DNA of 64,000 nt, from the NCBI GenBank assembly GCA_030390025.1, contig JASTWF010000109.1, positions 496,001-560,000 of the forward strand, written 5' to 3'. The notes beneath the pieces are model-generated. The model saw nothing but the letters and a program-made list of their open reading frames with translations. It searched no databases and had not been told where the DNA came from. Shown here in pieces: positions 50,361 through 62,689 of the stretch. Numbering within the stretch: the first letter of the stretch is position 1; every line of letters begins with the position of its first letter. The stretch is from Squalus acanthias (taxonomy: Eukaryota). Position numbers and translations under genes: made by a program.

Positions 50361-50431
50361 CAAGTTTCTATACATGTTGAACATAACATCCCTGCTTTTC
50401 ACAGTTTTCCCCTGTATCCCACAACACTAAC

Positions 50432-50728
50432 CTGGCATTGGGATGCTCCATTCCGAATCACTTCGTCGAACCACGCAGTAGATTGTGCTGCTCCCCACCT
50501 CTGACTCGGTGATTGTTAACTGGCTGCTCAGGGTGTAGGTTCCCATCTTGTTGAGCACTGACGGGTAAGTCATCAATCCAGTGGTGATCGGCACTTTATC
50601 TTTCGTCCAGGAAACGCTGGTGATTTCGGGGTTATAGTCCATCGCCAAACAGCCGAAATTGACGGAGCCGTCCGTGTGGGGTTGTTCACAGGAGAGCAGC
50701 GCGTAGAGGATGGGAGCAGACGGTGTCG
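50432..50728 (-). CDS. IGHM: IgM CH1 exon
   Basis: 297 nt, TTTACCAG acceptor and G|GTTAGT donor. (A)[45 protein letters not shown]. Retains an early Cys typical of light-chain linkage. Confidence 0.97.
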
Positions 50729-51649
50729 CTGGTAAAGAATGGCCAGTTAGACAAGTTAGAATCTGTAATATGTGCTCATAAAACAACCAAACAACCCGAA
50801 ATTTGACTCCAGGATAAACTCCTTCCATCATCTGAGGATCATAAACTACAGCGGCATTTGAGCTTCTGTCAGTTCCATCACACGCACCTGTCGACCCCCT
50901 GGTCAGGAACAGACCTCTCTGTCCCCGAGCTCTATCACATTGCAAAAATAAGAACCTTTTCACCTCACCTCAATAAGGTATCTTTCATTGGATCTTACAA
51001 TAGAAGGGCAGAGACGTTTTCCTGCTATTTCGGCCAGCATTTATTTCTCAATCAACACCACTTCCGGTCATTTATTTGATTGCAGTTTTTGGAAATTTGC
51101 TCAGTGCCAATTGACTGCTGCTTTTCCCCACAAAACAACAGTGACTCTACTTCAAAAGTAACAGCGTAATCCGTGCTTATAAAATTAGCAAAACATCAGC
51201 TCAAAACGGACAAGTACAGAATTGAACAGGGAAGTTTTCCACGGCCTAGTTTCTAAAATTCAAGCTGTAGATGAATCGGGATTGAGTCGAATCTATCTCT
51301 TTCCTTCCCAGTAATTGAGGAAGAGCGATGTACTTCAACGCCCTGTGATTTGTGCTCTGTCCCATTCTACTGAATGGATGCTTCATGAGATTCCTTCTCG
51401 CTCCCACTCAATTAATAATCCGAATAAAATATGATTCCAGAATCCGGTTAATGGAAGTGTCTCTTTAAATGGCCCATTTCATTTACCAAAGTACCTGTCG
51501 ACCTCCCACCAGTGAGAACAGGCGCTGCTTTCTGGGTCGTAACAGGCACCTCTTGTTGCTGATTGTATCGAGCATAATCTAAACATGGGGACAGTTTTTT
51601 CTGTAAAAATCTAATATTGGCAATCCTTAAATATTATAAATCTATAGGA

Positions 51650-51882
51650 GACACGGAGTAGTGGTGAGCGGATGTTTTACAAACTGTAGAAAATAATGCA
51701 GTGGGGTCTCCCATGGATCGGTATGAGGACCATTGTTGTTCTTGTTATATAAAAATCACCTGGACTTCGGTATAGGGAGTACAATTTTGGAGTTCGCAGA
51801 TGATTCTAAACTAGGCAAAGCAGCAAATAGTGAGCAGGATAGTAGCAGACTTCAGGAGAACATAAACAGGCTAGTGAAATGT
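51650..51882 (+). mobile_element. Old CR1 RT fragment
   Basis: ILEFADDSKLG..SSRLQENINRLV. Confidence 0.7.
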
Positions 51883-51999
51883 TATGTTTTTGAACTTCCA
51901 GGTCTGATTCAAGACGAGTTAGATAGAGAATACAGCTCCCTATCCACCGCCCAGTCAAATATTCACGGCTCACATACAACAGAATATAGATACAGTGTA

Positions 52000-52790
52000 A
52001 ACCTCCCTCTACACGGCCCGCACAAAGATTGAGCGGCCTGATGAAACTCGGTTTAGATACACGGTAAAACTTGATCCATACTGTCCCATCAAACATTCCC
52101 AGCTCCAGCAAAGCACAGTTCGGATACAAAAAATGTCCCCATAAAATGCGTTTAGAAATTGCCCAGGTTAGGGTATGCATAATTATATACAAATTTAAGC
52201 TTCCCATACACTAATCCATTAAAGCTTTCCTGTAGCACTGATTAGATAGAAGGTGAAACTGTTTTGAAGTTGCCCATCAAACTCCACGTCCTTGTAAATA
52301 AGAGGTTAGGTCTCCCTCTGCACTGCCCATCAAACACTCCCAGGGCAGGTACAGAGTTACATACAGAGTAAAGCTCCCTCTACACTGTCCCATCAAACAC
52401 TCCCAGGGCAGGTACAACACGTGTTAGATACAGAGTAAAGCTCCCTCTACACTGTCCCGTCAAACACTCACAGGGCAGGTACAACACGTGTTAGATACAG
52501 AGTAAAGCTCCCTCTACACTGTCCCAGCAAACACTCCCAGGGCAGGTACAACAAAGTTTAAATACAGAGTAAAGCTCCCTCTACACTGTCCCAGCAAACA
52601 CTCCCAGGGCAGGTACAACACGGGTTAAATACAGAGTAAAGCTCCCTCTACACTGTCCCATCAAACACTCACAGGGCAGGTACAACACGGGTTAAATACA
52701 GAGTAAATCTCCCTCTACACTGTCCCATCAAACACTCACAGGGCAGATACAACACGGGTTACATACATAGTAAAGCATTACACTGTCTAT
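52000..52790 (+). repeat. 67-bp tandem repeat in the J-CH1 intron
   Basis: Near-perfect units at 52313-52790 (period 67) and degenerate units before them. Confidence 0.9.
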
Positions 52791-53214
52791 TTAAATTGTC
52801 AAAATAACTTACAGCTTCCTAGCAGATAAGAACCGGCGCTGCTTTCTGGAGCGTTCCAGTCAATTTCTGAAAGTGTTTCTACTGAAAGTGAGCTCAGGAT
52901 CAGGCCAATCTCTTTCAATAATTAGCTGATACTCCAAACGTTTAAAGATTATTAATTCATTATAAGTTGGGCAGATTTTTTGAAAGAGGATTAAACTCAA
53001 TAAATGCGCGGTTATTTCAAAGGATAAATGGATCTATTGTTATATATCTGGCTCAAGCACACGCGCCTCATTAGTTAGATGCCGAATAAGATTCTTTCAA
53101 TACTGTTGTAAGAAACACTCAGGCCAGATACAGGACAGATACGATCAGGCACTGCAAAGGCAGATTTACTTTGTCAAACGGCGTAAGGTTAGTTTGAATT
53201 CAAGTTAAATATTT

Positions 53215-53575
53215 TCCTACACTGCCCTGTCAGACACTCCGGGTCAAGGATAGCAAGGTTTGGATTCCGAGTAAAGTTCCCTCTGCACTGCCCTGTCAGA
53301 GACTCGGGTCTAGTATCGCAAGGATTAGATTCCGAATAAAGTTCCCTCTACACTGCCCTGTCAGAGACTCGGGACTAGTATCGCAAGGATTAGATTCCGA
53401 GTAAAGTTCCCTCTGCACTGCCCTGTCAGAGACTCGGGTCTAGTATTTCAAGGATTAGATTCCGAGTAAAGTTCCCTATACACTGCCCTGTCAGACACTC
53501 GGGACAAGTATATCAAGGTTTAGATTCCGAGCAAAGTTCCCTCTACACTGTCCCGTCAAACAACCCCAGAGCAGA
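53215..53575 (+). repeat. 65-bp variant of the same repeat
   Basis: CACTGCCCTGTCAGAGACTCGGG..TTAGATTCCGAGTAAAGTTCCCTCT, about 5 copies. Confidence 0.88.
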
Positions 53576-55919
53576 TAGTTTCTCTGCAGTGTTTATGTAC
53601 TGCTCCATCTGAATGTCACAAATTTGGACACTGATCTCATTTCTGAGGCGTCTCTTCAACCTCACTGTTAATCGTTCAAGTTTCCCACAGACACAAGTTT
53701 CTTAAATTATTGAAACAAATTATACTCCCTGAGATACAGGTGAACGAACCAGAAGGTTTACAACCAGTCAGGAGGACTCCTGATTATCACACTCTGCGCA
53801 GGCGCACAGAAACAGAACAGACACAAATGATGCAACAATGGTGGTCCCGGCAGAGAGATCTGATCAATCTGTCAATTTCAAGCAAGCTGTTTGATTTCTA
53901 ATGTATTTTTTTCAATTTCAGACCACCTCAACTCTGCACGTTCTTTTAAATTAAACTTGCATTAATGTGAAAAACGCAACATCCAACAATGTTTCCCTAT
54001 CTGTCGACAATCTTACAAACCGTGTAAGATTTAATTTCCCTGAAAACAAGTATCTGGAAATAATTCACATTCCAGGGTAACTGTCTGCCCGGAACACGGG
54101 ACTCAGCGGCAGAATAAGAATTAGCAAACCAGGAGACATTGACATTGAAAACCGATTAACCACAGATTTGATATAAATTCTGAATTAAATAAAACCTATA
54201 CAATCATCGAGGGAAAACACGAAGGTAATTCATTAAAATCTGCGGCGACACCTTATCGAGCTGAGCACAGCTGAGAAAGAAATGTCTTCCTTCCTAAATT
54301 AATTTCAGATTTCATTAAAATTCTCTCCAACCCTTGAGATTTTGTAGTGACTGTAATCCTGGCCAGTATACAACGCAATTGTGAGCGGTCATTTATGTTG
54401 AATTAATTAGCACTGATGTTATATTCTGAGTTAAACTTCATGTTAACTGATGTTACTCTGCATCATTGAAAATATTCTGAGAGCCTGTCTAGCCCTTCCT
54501 CCTCAGAACCACCCGCACCTGGAACTTGTGTAATTAAATTAATCTGCTTGAATTTCAGTGTGTTATTTTCATCGAGCCTTATTAATAACTTAATTAATAG
54601 TAAATCTAAACCTGTTTCTATCTGGTAACTCATGAAATATTAGGGTGTTAATTAAATTGGCACGATCATTCATCAATATTTAAATACTAAACATCATATT
54701 AATACTTAACTAAAATCAGACAAAAATACAATTTTAGCGTAAATCCAAAAATATTTCAATAATTAAAAATGATCAGGAACATTTAATACTGTCCGGCTCT
54801 CTACCTAAACGTTTTTAAACTCTTCATATTTCTGAACTCTCTGATATAACATAAACTCCGTCTATTTAAAGAGTGCAGTTCACATTATGAAATTAGGAGT
54901 GGACTATTTCAAATAGTTCAATGTCCGGCCGGGATCACATCTCTCTAACTACCGATGGGCTGAAACACCGCCTGCTTACTAAAGCTGCACTCTCGAGTTG
55001 AAATATTGTCCTCAATCTGAACCATAAAAAATATTTTTATTAATTAAAAAGCACCCGGGCAGTTTATAGTCTGTATCAGAGTATCCGCTATTTAATAACA
55101 CTATCAATATTTTTTATTTTACTCCTGTATTTCACAGAATGCCCTTAAATTAATTATGAAATATAGTCTGCTATTTATTGAACACAATTTCCATTATGAT
55201 CAGTGTAAAACTTGGCGAGAACCATTCAGACCATCTGCAGCTCTGAAACTGAATGAGCAAATGAAGGAGTGACATTGTTCATCAATTTAATATTAATAGC
55301 TATCGGATATAATCTGTCCTTTGTCTATCGTTCTATCCCGTATAGAGCTATGGGAGACAGGATTTTAAAAAAAAATCAAGATAATATGAACCTTTTTTAA
55401 TTAAATTAATCTGTTTGACTGTCAATGGAATATTTGTCTGTCTCCAGCCTTACGCACTCTGAACCTTCCTTGAATTAAATAGAATCACAGGAACAATTCT
55501 TTGACTGCCAGCGACATCGGTCTCTCAGCCTATGAACTTGCTCATTAGTTTAATGAGTATTGTCTCGCTATCAAACATCCAATAATATTGAAGAAATAAG
55601 ATGGTTCCGGCTGCACATTATGAAGTTAATAACTCGCCATGTATATTAAATTGACAAACTGCAATTTACAACACGGATTGAAGTTGTATGTAAATACAAC
55701 TCGTCATTCATCTGTGTAAAATCGGAGTTAGCAAGTAATTAACCACCCTAATCAAACTGAACACAGCGTTGGAATCAGAATGTTGATATTGAAATAATTG
55801 CAGGCATAATTAAAAAACTCTCTCCTGCCTCTACAATTTTCCACTCAAGTTAATTTTGCCCAGTGTACAGCAGAACTGTGGAAGGCGAATAATGTTTAGT
55901 AAATTAATATAAATACTGT

Positions 55920-57120
55920 AGATTATTTTATTAATATTGGGAGATAATATCGCATTATTATCGTTGATTAATAATAATTTAATTTAACGACAACCTGAAC
56001 ACTATGTCGACAGTAATTAAAGTAACATTTCACGCATTAAATATGAGCATCATAAACCACAGATTAATAGTTGAATGCATAATTATCACTTCAATAAAAA
56101 GATGATTTTTAATTTCTAAAACCTTCCTGTTTTCTGATAGTTTGAAACACATATAATGTTTGCATTAGATCAGAAACCTGCTGCCGCTCGATGTCACCGA
56201 GATTAAACATTGTAGAAACGCCAAATAGTTTCACAAATTCTAGGTATTCAGAGTTACACAGACACACGCTCTCCTCAGCAGATCAACACTAAATCACATC
56301 ACTGAGGGGCTGAATCCCTCGACAGAACCTTTCATGGAGCAGCAGCTTCATTCTACAAACCCTTTCAGCAGAATCAAATGTAACATTGCAAAAAAATCTC
56401 AATACAGAATCCACCGAACCCGCCTGTCACTCAACGGATTAATTATTGAAATAAACAGGAATATAAAATAATGACGGCAGAATTGTGATTAGACAAATCA
56501 TGTTCAATACATGAATAATGATTTTATAGCATATTTTAATAATATTGGGTGATATTACTACATTGTAATAATGTAAGTAATGTTAATTTAAATCTGTTCC
56601 GCTTGCAAATTTGTTAATTTTGTATTTCTTAATTACAGTAACGTTTCACGTATTAAATATGAACGTTCCTGAATATTGGATTAACAGATGTCATGTAATT
56701 ATCACAAATAAAAATACATTGAAATATCTTAAGGTTATTTCTGAACCCAAAAGTTCTATGTTTTGTGCCTTCAATCTCCTCTCAAATACATTTAAACACA
56801 ATGTTTGGTTTCGATCAGAAAAACTGCAGCAATTACATGTCACCGAGATTAAACACTGCAGAAACGCCTATCGGTTTAACAACCGTTAGGTGTTTAAAGT
56901 AATCCAGGGACACAGTCTCCTCAAACGATAAACACCAAATCACATCAATCAGAGGCTCAATCCCTCAACAACATTTTCAGTGAAGAAACAGTTTAAATCT
57001 ATAATCCCATTGCAGCAGAATCAAATAAAACATTGCCAACAATCTCAATACAGAATCCACCGAACCCAAGTTTCAGTGAACGAATTAATTTTTAAAATAA
57101 ACAGAAATATAAAATAAAAA
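55920..57120. repeat. Diverged ~600-650 bp tandem duplication just downstream of JH
   Basis: Shared anchors TGTCACCGAGATTAAACA (56192 / 56838) and AATACAGAATCCACCGAACCC (56401 / 57047), offset ~646. Confidence 0.85.
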
Positions 57121-57160
57121 CACAAAGACAACAGTTACTGAATGAGTGCATGTTTCTTAC

Positions 57161-57208
57161 CTGCAGTCACCGACACCATGGTCCCTTGTCCCCAGTAGTC
57201 GAGATAGT
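57161..57208 (-). CDS. IGHJ: JH segment (YLDYWGQGTMVSVTA)
   Basis: WGQG motif, donor G|GTAAGA and an upstream RSS. Confidence 0.97.
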
Positions 57209-57246
57209 CACAGTGTTACATTCCCTGGGCTGGTCACACAATAACC
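57209..57246 (+). promoter_or_regulatory. JH RSS (22-bp spacer)
   Basis: CACAGTG (57209-57215), 22 nt, ACAATAACC (57238-57246). Confidence 0.95.
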
Positions 57247-57574
57247 GGCACTGCACAGAACAGACAGAAACACAACATTAGTTGAAATATCCATATCCCA
57301 GAGGCAAAGTAAAGTCACGGTGGATCTTCATAAAATGATCAATGCGTTAATGGAAACTTTTCACTCTTTATAAAATACCCTGATGGTTTATGTTTCACAG
57401 AGTAGCCCATGAACAGTTATCGAAATCATCAACTGTTCAATGAATAATTATCACAGTTTATCCATATTGAAGCGTGCTAGTAGGACAGTGCTGGACACAA
57501 ATAATACTCCACTGCTTATACAGTTGGATTGTAAAAGCGAGAACTGACCCAAACTCACTCAATTAGTGCTGAGC

Positions 57575-57643
57575 GGTTTTTGTATTGACAGTAACTGCTG
57601 TGCCACCCAGTATATCACAGTGAGACACGCCGTGACAAATACT
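57575..57643 (-). other. DH2 segment (ATATACTGGGTGG, 57603-57615) flanked by 12/12 RSS
   Basis: V-side: CACAGTG 57616-57622, 12 nt, ACAAATACT. J-side: CACAGCA 57602-57596, 12 nt, ACAAAAACC. Confidence 0.95.
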
Positions 57644-57954
57644 GCGGCGAACTGTTAACTGTAAAATACCGAGATTAAATTCCACAGCGCTCTAAATACC
57701 TGGTTCCAACTCCCCTAACTCTGCACCAGTGAGATATTTCAGTTTGTTCTGGTCATTATATTTATAAAAGGGATTGGATTACTTCTGAAGCATCTGTGCA
57801 GATTTAGCATGATAATCAACATTAATAAAGCAGAACACTTTATACCTTTAAAACAATATATATTACTTGTCCTCATTATTTTTATTTAAGCCTCATTTCC
57901 TACGACTCTCCTGGCATGGTAGTGATCTGATGTTTGAGCAAACTCCCAGTCTGG

Positions 57955-58035
57955 GGTTTTTGTATGAGGAGCTCGCTGCGTACAGCACCGTGACCCCACT
58001 GTAGTACCACAGTGACAGGAACCCGCACAAATACT
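57955..58035 (-). other. DH1 segment (GTACTACAGTGGGGT, 57993-58007) flanked by 12/22 RSS
   Basis: V-side: CACAGTG 58008-58014, 12 nt, ACAAATACT. J-side: CACGGTG 57992-57986, 22 nt, ACAAAAACC. Confidence 0.95.
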
Positions 58036-58066
58036 GCACTCACTCTCTGTGCAGTACTGACTCTCA

Positions 58067-58145
58067 ACATTCACTTCAAATAGACATTCACTTCAAATAG
58101 ACATTCACTTCAAATAGACATTCACTTCAAATAGACATTCACTTC
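58067..58145 (+). repeat. 17-bp perfect tandem repeat (ACATTCACTTCAAATAG) x4.6 between V and D1
   Basis: Direct reading. Confidence 0.95.
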
Positions 58146-58477
58146 TGTTCCATTTTAGAATTTACCCCAACAGTTTACAAAACACAATATACACTGAACA
58201 CATTTCCAATCAACTCCCTCCAGGTATCAGTCAGATTGAACCGAGCATTATATCCAGCTCTACAATTGCTGACAGTGTTAACAGTAAATAGGAGCACCAC
58301 CAGAACCTCTCCTCAGTACATCGGTTAGTGGGTTAGACTTTTACCAGTGAATTTTCAGTGTGTTAGTTTTGTAAGAAGCGGCTTGTGGTCTTGTTCTGAA
58401 CACTGCCGTTAATATTGCATTTAATACAATTACTGACCGTCAGGTTATGATGGAAGTTGCTGAATTTCCCCTCGGTC

Positions 58478-58516
58478 TGTTCTTGTACGGGTCCAGCCCT
58501 GGTTCCTCTCGCTGTG
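58478..58516 (-). promoter_or_regulatory. VH RSS (23-bp spacer)
   Basis: CACAGCG (58516-58510), 23 nt, ACAAGAACA (58486-58478). Confidence 0.93.
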
Positions 58517-58818
58517 GTCTCTAGCACAGTAATAGATGGCGGTGTCTTCGGGCTTCAGGGTCTTCATGTCCAACGCGAAGATGTTGTTTGAAATGTCTTT
58601 GGACGCAGTAAATCGGTCCTCAATCCCGGGGGCGTAGCTGGGTGAACTGTAATAGTAAACCAGCCACTCCAGCCCCTGTCCGGGAACCTGTCGGATCCAG
58701 TACATGCTGTAGCTGTCAAGATCGAACCCGCTGGTTTTACAGGTCAGTCTCAGGGAGCCTCCGGGACTCCCGGTCTCTGCCTTGGGCTGAGTCAACACTA
58801 TGTCATCCGACTGGACAC
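58517..58818 (-). CDS. IGHV: VH exon (end of leader plus V domain), germline unrearranged
   Basis: (G)[63 protein letters not shown]. Acceptor TTTTTACAG. Confidence 0.98.
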
Positions 58819-58945
58819 CTGTAAAAAAAATCAAAAACCCCGAGGATTAATCCTGGTGAAATGATTCCTGACTCTGTAACATTCCAGAGAGAGACTAACA
58901 CTGAGACAGTAACAGTGAGAGACTTGGACAATAAAAACTACTCAC

Positions 58946-58991
58946 CGGATAAGAAAGCCAGCAACAGACTGAGATAAATCGCCGACCTCAT
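58946..58991 (-). CDS. IGHV: VH leader exon (MRSAIYLSLLLAFLS)
   Basis: 46-nt hydrophobic signal exon, donor G|GTGAGT, 127-nt intron, in frame with VH. Confidence 0.95.
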
Positions 58992-59083
58992 CCTTCTGGC
59001 AATGTGTGGGAAATGGTTCTGGCAAGAACTCACTGAGCAAACCCGCTCCCGGACTGTTGTAGTGCGGTCCCAGTGACCGGCAG

Positions 59084-59164
59084 TTAAATACCCGGCAGAT
59101 GGGGGCGTGGTTACAGGCGCCGCCTATTGGTTCACTGATAGAGGCGGCTGCTGGAGCCACGTCA
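59084..59164 (-). promoter_or_regulatory. Putative VH promoter
   Basis: TATTTAA (59090-59084), E-box CATCTG, GC-box-like 59102-59110, CCAAT (59130-59126) and CRE-like TGACGTGG (59164-59157). No ATGCAAAT octamer seen nearby. Confidence 0.65.
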
Positions 59165-60693
59165 CACCCTCCACATCACCAACAGAATGGACTCACATCA
59201 GGACTGTAAATTAATCCCTTTATTTCCTCACTATTTACAGGAGGAGTGAATCTCTAAGATTAAATGACATTATCAGGATCTAAAGAGACTGTCCGTTTGT
59301 TTTATTCCATCTCCCGGTACCTATCCCTTCACTCTGTAACAATAAAGTATCCCCTATAATATGAAGTGCTTTAGGTCTAAGTAACTGAATGCGGGACATG
59401 TGTAATGTGATTGTATTTGCAATGTGGATGACTATAGCTGCACGATTTGGGTCTGGAGATGATTACAATCCCCTCACATTATACAAGTGTCTCTCATTGC
59501 ATTTCTCTCACTGCCCCTGAGTCTGTGACTCCAAGACAGTCCTTTATAAAATTAGCTGTAAAATTAATCCGCTTGCCTGATAATTAAGGAGTGAGTTGAC
59601 AGAGACACATAAGAATGTGAGGCCCGCCCGCTTCAGAGCAACTTTTTAAGAGAGAAGCTTGTGAATGAGAACCGATAATGCGATCAGCAAACCCCGGCAT
59701 CCAAATCATTGCAGCGAACTTTAATATCGATCGACTGTGTGACCTACACTGGTATCAGGAACACAGTATATCAGGACACAGCGGTATGTTACAGAATATC
59801 ATAAGAATAAAGGCTTTATCTCCCGCTGAAACACATCACAAACTGGGCATTTCTGTACCCATTGGTAGCCGGGCTATGAGAGGGCTTGTTCCGGAATCCA
59901 AATCAGCACAAATTAAACTGCACAGTGCGCGGTTCCTCATCAGTAATAAGGGAGCCTTTAGTTTAAATCAGGCGAACAACTCTGAGAATATTCAAGGAAT
60001 TGCAGCGGGTTCAAGGCAATTCCACCTCTGTTTTATTTACTGTGCGATTCCCACTTATCTCATTACAGAGCGTGTATGGGTTCATTGCATCTCTCTCCAG
60101 CACTTCATGCAGTGCTGAATAAACGGGCTGAATTAACTGGAATTATATTTATTTGAAAATATTTTTAATTGAATACCATATGTATCAATTACTATTTTCT
60201 GATACTATTTTATAATATTCTGAGCATGGAATTTACCGAAAATCAATCTTTAGAATTTATTATCATTTAAAATGTTTCTTTATTTAAGGAGCGCAACTGG
60301 ATAATTTAATGCTCTAATAGTTAAATCCCGTCTTTTTTCCATTCATATTGACACTAATCTGCCCCACAGATTACTTGGCAGCAACCCAGCCGACTGCCGT
60401 TAGTGAGGCTCGAACACCCAGTGTCATTTACAGGAAGCATCTGGGGGTTCAGAGCAGTAAATCAAAGATCTGCTTCCTCACTACTGATCGCTTGGCTGAA
60501 AGCCACCATCAAACCCTTTACATTGTCAATGAGGCCTATTTATATACAAATCTACCCAGCAACAGGACTGGAGTCAATTTAATTATTTTAGTTGTATAAC
60601 TATTTGTAACTGTTCCAATTTCCCAGGAAAGAAAATATATCCAATGTCCCAGACACCATGTCAGCAGCAGCAGTCAGCTGGAGGACCTGTCCA

Positions 60694-60993
60694 NNNNNNN
60701 NNNNNNNNNNNNNNNNNNNNNNNNNNNNNNNNNNNNNNNNNNNNNNNNNNNNNNNNNNNNNNNNNNNNNNNNNNNNNNNNNNNNNNNNNNNNNNNNNNNN
60801 NNNNNNNNNNNNNNNNNNNNNNNNNNNNNNNNNNNNNNNNNNNNNNNNNNNNNNNNNNNNNNNNNNNNNNNNNNNNNNNNNNNNNNNNNNNNNNNNNNNN
60901 NNNNNNNNNNNNNNNNNNNNNNNNNNNNNNNNNNNNNNNNNNNNNNNNNNNNNNNNNNNNNNNNNNNNNNNNNNNNNNNNNNNNNNNNNNNNN
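60694..60993. other. Assembly gap (300 N)
   Basis: Run of N. Confidence 1.
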
Positions 60994-61353
60994 GATAGCT
61001 TGATAGATAAATAGCTAGATAGGTAGATCGATAGATAGATAGATAGAAACATAGAAACATAGAAACATAGAATCTAGGAGCAGGAGTAGGCCATTCGGCC
61101 CGTCGAGCCTGCTCCGCCATTCAATACGATCATGGCTGATCATCCAAATCCAGTACCCTGTCCCTGCTTTAATCCCCACAGTACACATATCCCACCCTAC
61201 CCCCATAACCCCACGTATTTAATTCCCCCTAACATATCCCATCCTATCCCCATAACCCCACATATTTAATCCCCCCTAACACTAAGGGTCAATTTATCAT
61301 AGCCAAATCAACCTAACCCACACATTTTTGGACTGTGTGGATATGTAGATATG
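60994..61353 (-). mobile_element. (GATA)n, a CR1-type 3' end with (TTTCTATG)n tail and a probable HE1/V-SINE fragment
   Basis: ATAGAAAC repeats followed by GGAGCAGGAGTAGGCCATTCGGCCC, then CAATTTATCATAGCCAA..CCTAACC..TTTGGACTGTG. SINE family assigned from recall. Confidence 0.6.
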
Positions 61354-61579
61354 NNNNNNNNNNNNNNNNNNNNNNNNNNNNNNNNNNNNNNNNNNNNNNN
61401 NNNNNNNNNNNNNNNNNNNNNNNNNNNNNNNNNNNNNNNNNNNNNNNNNNNNNNNNNNNNNNNNNNNNNNNNNNNNNNNNNNNNNNNNNNNNNNNNNNNN
61501 NNNNNNNNNNNNNNNNNNNNNNNNNNNNNNNNNNNNNNNNNNNNNNNNNNNNNNNNNNNNNNNNNNNNNNNNNNNNNNN
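61354..61579. other. Assembly gap
   Basis: Run of N. Confidence 1.
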
Positions 61580-62250
61580 TGAAGTTTGCAGGGAGAGAGG
61601 GACCTGGGAGTTAAAGTGAATAAGTCCCTGAAATGGCAGGACATATTGAGAGAGTGGTTAGCAAAGCATAGGAATCTTGGGCTTCATATATAGAGGTATG
61701 GAGTACAAAAGCAGAGACGTTAAGCTGAAAATTTACATGAAGTTTTTGTGAAGGCCCTTGAGTGGGTGCAGAGGAGATTTACCAGAATGGTTCCGAGGAT
61801 GGGAGATCTTAGCTACAAGGAGAGGTTGGAGAAGTTGGATTTGTTTTCATTAGAGCAAAGGAGGCTGAGGGGTGATTTGATAGAGGTGTACAAGATTATG
61901 ACGGGTTTGGATCGGCTAGACAGAGAAAAGCTGCTCCCACTAGTTGAAGGTTTAAGACTAGGGGACGCAGATTTAAGGTTTTGGTCAAGAGATACAGGGG
62001 GGATGTGAGGAAAAAAAATACGCAGTGTGTGGTGAGGACCTTGAGTTCGCTGCCGACGGAAGTGGTGGAAGCGGAGACACTCAATGTTTTCAAGGGGAGC
62101 CTGGATAGGCACTTGAGGGAAAAAAACTTGGAGAACTACTGGAATAGAGCGGGGGAAAGGGACTGACTGGATTACTCTACAGAGAGCCGACACGGTTCGA
62201 TGGGCCGAATGGCCTCCTTCTGTGCCGTTATGACTCTATGACTCTGACTA
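61580..62250 (+). mobile_element. CR1-type LINE 3' fragment
   Basis: VQRRFTRMVP..LFSLEQRRLRGDLIEVYKIM with a TATGACTC-type tail. Confidence 0.9.
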
Positions 62251-62689
62251 TATTCAGTTATCACACCGAGGATAATGAGCAGCCACCCAACAATCTCTGC
62301 ACTGTATTGTCCAGTGATCACCTCACCATCACACAGAAGCCCCTTATATAAACCTCCAGTGTGTGATGATTGGTGCAAGTGACGGTAAAAATGAAACTGT
62401 AACCGTATCTGATGTGAGGTTAATAAATCTGTTATTCCATGACTTATTACTTCCCTCGTTTGATGAGGTCACATCGAGCACTCCAGTGGCTGAGGGTCAG
62501 AGTTCGCACTGATGTTACTATGATGGCCAAGTGAAAATGATGATACGGCATTTTATTGGTGATGACGGCACAAGGAGCTTGGGTGTTGCTGATGTGAAGA
62601 AGACAAACTGCTAAAACCGTAATGCAATATCCAGGAATTTGTACCAATAATAACATGTTGCTGGAGTACTGGAGTCACACTGTGTCATA

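Noticed and set aside
42647-50728. Six C exons interpreted as IgW or IgNAR
   Set aside because: Each exon is recognisably mu-type, exons 5-6 are recent copies of exons 3-4, and the V, D-D-J layout, tail and KVK cytoplasmic tail fit IgM.
60600-61644. ORFs spanning N runs
   Set aside because: Artefacts of assembly gaps.
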